Virus record (IMG/VR): IMGVR_UViG_3300017917_001342
Span: 372,001 to 436,000 of that record
Direction: 5' to 3' (one strand)
DNA length: 64,000 nucleotides
How positions within the stretch are numbered: the first letter of the stretch is position 1; each line of letters begins with the position of its first letter. This document shows, in pieces, positions 56,476 through 64,000 of the stretch. Both the position numbers and the translations under genes were made by a program. The notes under the pieces are model-generated. The model was not told the origin of the DNA. It did not search any database and saw nothing but the letters and a program-made list of their open reading frames with translations.

Positions 56476-59400
56476 ATGGCAGTAAGTCAACAGCAACGAC
56501 AAAAACAATTATTTGCAGCAGAAGATTGGCAAGTAATCTATACCGCATTCACGCAAGTAAACTTTAATGCATACGACTTTAATACCATTCGCAATGCAAT
56601 GGTAGAATACATTCGTTTGAATTATCCAGAAGATTTCAATGACTGGATCGAATCAAGTGAATTTGTATCAATTATAGATCTATTGGCATATCTTGGACAG
56701 AGTTTAGCGTTGAGAATGGACCTCAACACTAGAGAAAACTTTTTAGATACTGCACAGCGTAGAGAAAGTATTTTTAGATTATCTCGTATGTTGAGTTATC
56801 AACCTCAGCGTTGTATACCGGCTACAGGCTTGCTCAAGATAACACAGATTATAAGTAACCAGCCAGTGTATGATGCCAATGGTGTTAACTTACAAAACAC
56901 ACCTATAAATTGGAATGACCAAAACAATCCAGACTGGCAAGAACAATTCATACTGGTTTTAAACGCAGCATTGAATAACACAAACTACTTTGGCAACCCT
57001 TCTAAAAGTGGCACTGTTAATGGTATACCAACTGAACTGTATGCACTGAACAACGTAGCAATACCAACTAGTGTGTTGCCGTTCCAAGCTGTAGTTGGTG
57101 GCAATTCAATGAATTTTGAATTAGCTAACCCAGATTTTTACAATGCAAACGAAATAACAAACACCACACTAGGTAGTACAGGTTACTTTTACGAACGAGC
57201 ACCAAATCCAATTAACAGTTGGTATGTTATCTATAGAAACGATGGCAATGGCAGCGGTAGTGCAAACACTGGATTCTTCTTGTTCTTTAAACAAGGTACA
57301 ATGAACTACAGTGATTACCTTTTAGAATTGCCTATATCAAATAGAATCATTGACATAAACGTTGATAATATCAACCAAACTGATGTATGGGTACAAAATA
57401 TCAATACAGCAGGATTGGTCACTACCGACTGGACACAGGTTCCCAGTGTTAACGGATTTAACGTTATCTACAACAGTTTGGATAAAAGTATAAGAAACAT
57501 CTACTCTGTTATAACCAGAGACAACGGTGGTGCAGATCAAATCAGTTTGCGATTCGCTGACGGTAATTTCGGCAACGTGCCAACTGGCCTGCTACGCACT
57601 TGGTATCGTGTTAGTAACAACTTGCAATATCAGATCAGACCGACTGATATGTCTAATATCAAGTTCAACTTTGCATACACTGACAACCTCAATAACACAT
57701 ACAGTGTTGCGTTCAATACTTCATTGCAGTACACAGTTGCAAACAGTCAATCTGCGCAAACCAATGCACAAATTGCGTTAAATGCTGAGCAGGTTTATTA
57801 TACACAAGACCGTATGGTAAACGGCGAAGATTACAATTTGTTCCCGCTGCAAAGCAGTCAGGCACTAAAAGTCAAAGCTGTTAACAGAACCTATAGCGGA
57901 CAAAGTCGTTATATAGATATCAATGATCCAACTGGTACATACCAAAATCTCAATGTGTTTGCCAACGATGGTATTCTCTATGAAGAATATGATTTAAATC
58001 GCCAAGAAGTTGCAATTGTCATAGGACAGCCAAATCAAGACATTGTTATTAACAAGATACAACCAATGGTCAACGGTGGTAGCAGCAGTTACGATGCAAT
58101 GGCAGCCGAATTGCAAAATTTTTACTATGAGCGTTTTCCAAGATACACTACTACTGCACCTATTCAATGGAATAGGCAGACAGTTATAACAGGAAGCAGT
58201 ACTGGTTGGTTCAGTTTAGTAAGTGACCAAAACAAATACGCTGTTAGACTCGGCGATTATGCAGTAGCAGGTACAGGTGAATCTTATATTACAGAAGGCT
58301 GCTTGATTTATTTCACCGATAACACTACATCGCAGTGGAACAGTATACTTAAAGTAGTCGGTGATGGCACTGGTATAAACAACACAGGTGTGTTAATAAC
58401 GCAACTTGGCGCAGTAACTACATCTGCTGCACCGGCATCGGGTTCTGTAGTAAGTAGTATATGTGCAGCATTTGAAACAACCTTTACTTCTACAGAAATC
58501 AGTGAAATTGCTGCGGCAATGAATAGTAAACAGACCTTTGGTATAGGCTATGATCAGTTAGCTAAACGTTGGTATGTTATCACAAACAGTAATTTAAGCA
58601 CTGATTCTACTTTTAGCTTGGCATTTGCACAAGATACTAGCAACACAAATCTAGATGCGAGTTGGTTGATTAAAGTAATATACAACACAACAAGTTGGGT
58701 AATTCAACAACGTGCAGAACGTTATGTATTTGAAAGTGTAAGTGAAACTCGTTTTTACGTATCAAATACTACCAACGTTATTGATCAAGTTTCCGGTAAA
58801 CCTAAATTCGACTACATCAACGTACTTGGCGTAAACAGTGCTCCGTTACCACCTGCACCAGCACCCGCATTAGGTAAAGATTACCTATGGCAAATTTATG
58901 GTCAAGAAACTTATCCGGATGGGTATTCAAATCCAGCTAGTGTGCGAGTAACATTCTGGAGAGATAGAAACTACCCGTTACCAGACGATCCTGACGAATT
59001 TGTAACAATTGTTAACCCAGACGTAACACCGCCGTCTAAGTATGTGTTCTGGGTACGATATACTAGTTCTGAAGGTTATCAATATTACCAACCAATTAAT
59101 ATACCAGAAAGCAGAATATACGCAACACAGATCTCTGTACCACAACCTCCAGCAGGAGATTGGGTAGAAGGGGAAGTTGCATACGTTATCAGTGGTAGCT
59201 TGTTCTATCAATATCGCAACGGTAGTTTAGTCAATGTCACATCCGAATACAAAGTTAGAATAGGTAGATCTGACATAGACTACATGTGGAAACACTATGC
59301 GTCTTATAATCAGCGCATAAATCCTGCACTGATGAACATAATAGACATCTATGTTCTCACTGCAACATACAATGCAGATCTTAGAAACTGGATCAGTGTG

Positions 59401-59895
59401 GGTGGTAGCGAATCTGTTAAACCATTGCCTCCGACTACAGAAGAATTAAAAGGTCTGTTTAGCTATTTTGAACAATACAAAATGATGACTGATCAAATCA
59501 TATGGCATCCTGTGACATATAAAATACTGTTTGGTTCACAGGCAGATCCAGAGTATCAAGTCACATTCAAAGTAGTTAAAGTACCAGGAACCACATATAG
59601 TGATAACGAAGTAAAAAGTCTAGTTAAGTCACAAATTGATTCGTACTTTGCTATAGGAAACTGGGATTTTGGTCAAAGCTTCTTCTTTACTGAAATGGCA
59701 ACATACATTCAAGTAAATCTTGCTACAATCGTAGCAAGTATTGTACCTGTACCTGTTAACGGTAGAGCAAGATTTGGTGATTTATTTGAAATTACTGCGC
59801 AGCCTAATGAAATTTTTATTAGCAGCGCAACAGTTAATAACATAGTTATAGTACAAAGCCTTACTGAAGCACAATTAGGATTGTCAAATGGTTGA
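56476..59895 (+). CDS. gp6: Baseplate wedge subunit
   Basis: YDFNTIR..MVEY..LNYPEDFND, DLLAY, FLDTAQRRES, RMVNGEDY. Confidence 0.88.
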   Translation: MAVSQQQRQKQLFAAEDWQVIYTAFTQVNFNAYDFNTIRNAMVEYIRLNYPEDFNDWIESSEFVSIIDLLAYLGQSLALRMDLNTRENFLDTAQRRESIFRLSRMLSYQPQRCIPATGLLKITQIISNQPVYDANGVNLQNTPINWNDQNNPDWQEQFILVLNAALNNTNYFGNPSKSGTVNGIPTELYALNNVAIPTSVLPFQAVVGGNSMNFELANPDFYNANEITNTTLGSTGYFYERAPNPINSWYVIYRNDGNGSGSANTGFFLFFKQGTMNYSDYLLELPISNRIIDINVDNINQTDVWVQNINTAGLVTTDWTQVPSVNGFNVIYNSLDKSIRNIYSVITRDNGGADQISLRFADGNFGNVPTGLLRTWYRVSNNLQYQIRPTDMSNIKFNFAYTDNLNNTYSVAFNTSLQYTVANSQSAQTNAQIALNAEQVYYTQDRMVNGEDYNLFPLQSSQALKVKAVNRTYSGQSRYIDINDPTGTYQNLNVFANDGILYEEYDLNRQEVAIVIGQPNQDIVINKIQPMVNGGSSSYDAMAAELQNFYYERFPRYTTTAPIQWNRQTVITGSSTGWFSLVSDQNKYAVRLGDYAVAGTGESYITEGCLIYFTDNTTSQWNSILKVVGDGTGINNTGVLITQLGAVTTSAAPASGSVVSSICAAFETTFTSTEISEIAAAMNSKQTFGIGYDQLAKRWYVITNSNLSTDSTFSLAFAQDTSNTNLDASWLIKVIYNTTSWVIQQRAERYVFESVSETRFYVSNTTNVIDQVSGKPKFDYINVLGVNSAPLPPAPAPALGKDYLWQIYGQETYPDGYSNPASVRVTFWRDRNYPLPDDPDEFVTIVNPDVTPPSKYVFWVRYTSSEGYQYYQPINIPESRIYATQISVPQPPAGDWVEGEVAYVISGSLFYQYRNGSLVNVTSEYKVRIGRSDIDYMWKHYASYNQRINPALMNIIDIYVLTATYNADLRNWISVGGSESVKPLPPTTEELKGLFSYFEQYKMMTDQIIWHPVTYKILFGSQADPEYQVTFKVVKVPGTTYSDNEVKSLVKSQIDSYFAIGNWDFGQSFFFTEMATYIQVNLATIVASIVPVPVNGRARFGDLFEITAQPNEIFISSATVNNIVIVQSLTEAQLGLSNG

Positions 59896-62800
59896 ACGTC
59901 GTCGCCCTATTAAATTATTACCACCGGTTAACCAAACCGAGACGCTGACAAAGTTTTTTGCAGCAACCGTTGATCATCTTTTCCAACCAGAAAGTGTAGA
60001 ATTTGTCAGTGCTTATATAGGAAGTAAACCTTCTTATTACGATCCTGCTACTGATTTTTATGTAGGCGAACCTACTAAAAGTAGAATAGATTATCAATTA
60101 CCTGCTACCGCAGTTAGTAAAAATCCAAGCAGTGGATCTTTAACTAACGTAATGTTTTATGATGATTTTGTAAACGTTTTAAAGTTTCACGGTGCAAATA
60201 CACAGAACCACAGTAGATTGTTTGATCAAGAATATTACAGTTGGTCTCCGCCGATTGATCTCGACAAGATACTAAACTATACCAAATATTACTGGGCACC
60301 AAGTGGTCCGGCTCCTATAAAGTTACTATCTCAAACAGATGTAGCTGCTAACGTTTTAGGTAAAACTTCATACACATACACGGGTGTTTACCAACTTACC
60401 AGCACTGGTGAAATTGTAGAAGGTACACTTAAATTTACAACAGGTCTCATTGTTGAATTTGTTGATGATGTATCTGTAAATTACAATAACAAACCATTGT
60501 ACATCAACAATGTCGGACGATCAATACAACTGATAACACCTCCGCCTGTTAACAGCGAATTAGCAGAAATAAAAGACTACACAACAATTGCAGTAGCTGA
60601 ACATCCGACTAATACATGGAGTTCAAACAATTGTTGGTATCACGAAGATGTGTTTGTGATTTCGAAAACAGTTATAAGCAACAGTTTTCAATTCCGTGCA
60701 GCTAGACCAATTATAGAATTTGATGCAACATTACAACTGTATAACAGTGGGTGGAATGGTCGGCCGGCTGTGACAGTGGTTTCTACTGCATCAAACGTGT
60801 ATGAAGTTGTTGGCAACAATCTTGTACAACTTGACGGTACTGATATAAACAACATAGTTGGTAAAACTTCTGTTAAAATAGACAATGTCCTATTGCAAGA
60901 TGGAGATACTATTCTAGTAACAGACAATCCTAGCATCACTACTAACGGTTTTGTATTTGAAGTAACTGGCATTGATACCTACGGTGTAATATCGCTAACT
61001 CAAATTGGTTCAATACCGTTAAATGGCGACACTGTGCTTTGCACATCTGGTGTTACATTTGGCAACAAACAACTTTGGTATAATGGCACTGCTTGGATAC
61101 TGGCTCAACAGCGTATACCATATGTACCACCATTGTTTGTGCTGTATGACAGTGATGGTAATAGACTAGATGATCCTAGTATATACCCAGGTAGTACGTT
61201 TGCAGGCAACACAATATTCACCTATGCAACAGACCAGTATGCCTCTGTTGACAGTGAATTGGGGTTCAGACCAAAAACCAATCAATACGGAAACTATGTA
61301 TTCAACAATGCAATGGTTTCTCAAATATACACTTATCAAAATAACACTGTGATAACAGAGATCAATGGATACTACTATTATTTGACTAGAGATAATGGTG
61401 TAGAATCCTATGATAACTCGTGGTACAAGGCACCTACTCTAAGTAGACAGTACATTGTCAACGACTTTTCTGTAGTTACACCAACTTCATCATTTACTAT
61501 AGATCAAAAGCCAGATCCTAATCCTGGTATATTGCCAAGCATTTATGTAACTCTTATTAGAAATGAAACAGCAACTTTATTAAAAAATGGAGTTGAATAC
61601 ACTGTAAATGGAAGAGTAGTTACACTAGCACAAGATGCTGTCTCTGGCGATAGAATAGTAATTCGTAGTTGGAGTAAAGGTGTTCCAGAAGGTAGTCTTG
61701 GCTATTATGAATTGCCTTTGAATCTCACTGCTAACCCAGATAACCTACAGATAAGCAGTATTGCACAGAGTCAATACATATCACAATTTGAAGAAATTAT
61801 TGCCAACCAGCCTGGGTTCGAAGGATCGGCTATTGGTAACAACAACTGGCGAGACACTGCCAGAATTAGAAGCCTTGGTTTTAGTATATTGCAACACAGA
61901 GCGCCGATGCTAAAACCAATGATACTGAGTAGCGGAAACGTAACAGTTGGTATTAACACAGTACAGAGCGATACCGACCCTATGCTTGCAATGCAATTTA
62001 CTCAGCGAGAGTATTTGCGTTTTTACAACAGATTTATATCTGCACTGTTCAATTTGTATTCTAACGGTTATACTCTTAATCAATCGCCTAGCGACTGGGT
62101 AAGTGTTGCGCTTAAACAAATTAACCTTGGCAAAACTCCTGCTAGTGCATTTGCTAATAGTGGACCAAGTACAACACAGGGTGCGTACTGCGATGTTAAG
62201 AGTACTGATCCTACATATGTACCTCCAACAGCTACTCGTCTGGGTTGTGCTCCTGCATATCTTCCAACTGTTTATTACGACCGTGACAATCTAGTAATAC
62301 AATGCCATGATGGTGCAAGAATTGTAATGGCAAAAGATGGCTTACCATTGGGCGGTATTGCAAATGGCTTGGCTAGTACAATTAGTCCTGCACTGTTGAC
62401 CAATCCTGTTGCAGCAGCATGGTTGCAGTTTGAAATAGATCTGTATTTTAACTTACCATCAAGATATAGAAATCCGCAGGCAACACTTGCATTGGATATC
62501 AGAGAATACACACCTGGAAAATGGCGTCAAGGTGATTACACAGTAGACGAATTTAAACAAATCCTGTCTCCTATGTTTGATAAGTGGGTAATTACCAATC
62601 AAGTTGATTATCGAGCAAACACTACCTACGACGCAAATGATCCATTCACCTGGAACTACCATAACAGTGCAGATAAAGATGGACTGCCTGTGCCTGGATA
62701 TTATCAGGGAATTTATCGCTGGTTCTACGACACAGACAGACCACATACACATCCTTGGGAAATGTTAGGTTTCACACAAGAACCAGATTGGTGGACAGTT

Positions 62801-64000
62801 GAATACGGTGCAGCACCTTACACCGCAGGCAACGCAGTTATGTGGGAAGACCTAAGAGATGGCTATATAAGACAAGGACCAAGAGCAGGTTACCATCCTA
62901 CTTGGGCAAGACCTGGTCTTATGTCATGTATACCAGTTGACAACCAAGGAAATCTATTGCCGCCGCTTGCAGCAGGCACAGTAACAAGTTTGCCTAGCAG
63001 TCAACAAGCACAAGCTGAGTGGGTATTTGGGGATGGGTCTCCGGTAGAATCTGTATGGATATACAGCAACGACTATAATTTCTCTATAGCAGAATACAGT
63101 TACTTGATGAAACCTGCACAGTTCATCGAATACAACTGGGACACAATACGCAGTAAATTAGTGTTTGGTGATCAACCTACTGGACAGTGGGTTTACATTG
63201 ATACCAACAACCGTCGACCAAACGGAGAATTTTATGTACACAGAGAAAATCCGTTAGCAATAGGCGGTAACATACATATACCAAACGAAAGTACGTTAAG
63301 CTACTTTGGTAGTTGTGGTGTTCAACACTGGATAAGCGAGTACCTTGTTAATAGAAATCTCAGTGTAACTCAATATTTCGGTAATATTATAAGAGGTACT
63401 AATGTACAACTTGCTCACCAAATGGGCAGTTTTGTCAGTAGTAATCTTTACTTAACTGCTGATAGTTTTGGTCAAATTGGTTATAAGAGTCAGATAGTAC
63501 CAGCAGAAAACGTAAAAACATATCTGTATAAAAGTTCCAGCATTAAAACAGCGTTCTACACTGGTGTAATCATTACACAGTTAAAAAATGGTTATCGTGT
63601 TGTAGGATACGACGGTGTTAAGCAGTATTTTGAAATCATACCAAGCAATGCGTTTGGGCCAAAGAGCTATGTTGTTGTAGGCAACGAACGTGTAGTATGG
63701 TTTAAACAGGGTGTTGACACTGTTCAACAGATACCATATGGTTATGTGTTTGGTACTAAACAAGAAGTTTTTGACTTCTTAATTGGTTTACAGCGTTTCC
63801 AAGAGCTAGAAGGTTGGGTATTTGACACATATAATAACGACGGAAACTATGTATATGATTGGCAACAAAGTGCTAAAGAATTCCTGTTCTGGAGTCAAGG
63901 TAACTGGGCAAATGGCAATTTTATTGCACTCAGTCCGCTTGCTAATCGTGTAAAATTCCTACAACGTTTTGGCAATATACAGTTTGTCAACGGTATTGTT
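59888..64000 (+). CDS. Giant baseplate wedge/structural protein (gp7-like), truncated at window end; absent from ORF track
   Basis: ATG 59888 MVERRRPIKLLP...WSPPIDLDKILNY..YYW. The same frame is open at the window end (...NWANGNFIALSPLANRVKFLQRFGNIQFVNGIV). Not every internal codon was checked. Confidence 0.75.
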   Translation, partial: MVERRRPIKLLPPVNQTETLTKFFAATVDHLFQPESVEFVSAYIGSKPSYYDPATDFYVGEPTKSRIDYQLPATAVSKNPSSGSLTNVMFYDDFVNVLKFHGANTQNHSRLFDQEYYSWSPPIDLDKILNYTKYYWAPSGPAPIKLLSQTDVAANVLGKTSYTYTGVYQLTSTGEIVEGTLKFTTGLIVEFVDDVSVNYNNKPLYINNVGRSIQLITPPPVNSELAEIKDYTTIAVAEHPTNTWSSNNCWYHEDVFVISKTVISNSFQFRAARPIIEFDATLQLYNSGWNGRPAVTVVSTASNVYEVVGNNLVQLDGTDINNIVGKTSVKIDNVLLQDGDTILVTDNPSITTNGFVFEVTGIDTYGVISLTQIGSIPLNGDTVLCTSGVTFGNKQLWYNGTAWILAQQRIPYVPPLFVLYDSDGNRLDDPSIYPGSTFAGNTIFTYATDQYASVDSELGFRPKTNQYGNYVFNNAMVSQIYTYQNNTVITEINGYYYYLTRDNGVESYDNSWYKAPTLSRQYIVNDFSVVTPTSSFTIDQKPDPNPGILPSIYVTLIRNETATLLKNGVEYTVNGRVVTLAQDAVSGDRIVIRSWSKGVPEGSLGYYELPLNLTANPDNLQISSIAQSQYISQFEEIIANQPGFEGSAIGNNNWRDTARIRSLGFSILQHRAPMLKPMILSSGNVTVGINTVQSDTDPMLAMQFTQREYLRFYNRFISALFNLYSNGYTLNQSPSDWVSVALKQINLGKTPASAFANSGPSTTQGAYCDVKSTDPTYVPPTATRLGCAPAYLPTVYYDRDNLVIQCHDGARIVMAKDGLPLGGIANGLASTISPALLTNPVAAAWLQFEIDLYFNLPSRYRNPQATLALDIREYTPGKWRQGDYTVDEFKQILSPMFDKWVITNQVDYRANTTYDANDPFTWNYHNSADKDGLPVPGYYQGIYRWFYDTDRPHTHPWEMLGFTQEPDWWTVEYGAAPYTAGNAVMWEDLRDGYIRQGPRAGYHPTWARPGLMSCIPVDNQGNLLPPLAAGTVTSLPSSQQAQAEWVFGDGSPVESVWIYSNDYNFSIAEYSYLMKPAQFIEYNWDTIRSKLVFGDQPTGQWVYIDTNNRRPNGEFYVHRENPLAIGGNIHIPNESTLSYFGSCGVQHWISEYLVNRNLSVTQYFGNIIRGTNVQLAHQMGSFVSSNLYLTADSFGQIGYKSQIVPAENVKTYLYKSSSIKTAFYTGVIITQLKNGYRVVGYDGVKQYFEIIPSNAFGPKSYVVVGNERVVWFKQGVDTVQQIPYGYVFGTKQEVFDFLIGLQRFQELEGWVFDTYNNDGNYVYDWQQSAKEFLFWSQGNWANGNFIALSPLANRVKFLQRFGNIQFVNGIV

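Noticed and set aside
1-64000. Stop-codon recoding, introns or inteins
   Set aside because: Standard-code ORFs are full length and tightly packed. No insertions were seen in the portal, gp46, gp23 or gp6.

Overview
64 kb of a large T4-related (probably jumbo) myovirus genome, read in the standard code. No tRNA, CRISPR array, integrase, intron or intein was seen. Layout: (i) 1-15.5 kb, a tightly overlapped minus-strand operon of at least 20 tailoring enzymes that runs off the left edge: 5 radical SAM (one B12-binding), about 7 2OG-Fe(II)/AspH-like oxygenase domains, 2 QueC-like PP-loop, 2 SDR, SET, SAM-methyltransferase, PLP enzyme and nitroreductase; (ii) a 1344-aa tail sheath, dNMP kinase, neck proteins, GH19 endolysin and gp15; (iii) a late operon with a non-canonical CCA/poly(A)-polymerase-like enzyme, four glycosyltransferases and a pol-beta nucleotidyltransferase; (iv) the head module (gp20, core, gp21, gp22, gp23); (v) a tape-measure-like gene and a gp26-like gene with a candidate -1 frameshift; (vi) a non-coding region of about 500 bp with twin CTAAAG palindromes and a multi-stem structured RNA candidate; (vii) resolvase, gp46, gp47, gp55; (viii) the baseplate module, ending in a giant ORF (>1370 aa) that runs off the right edge. 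A T4-like late promoter (nTAAATA) precedes most structural genes. All family calls come from motif recognition by eye, not database searches.
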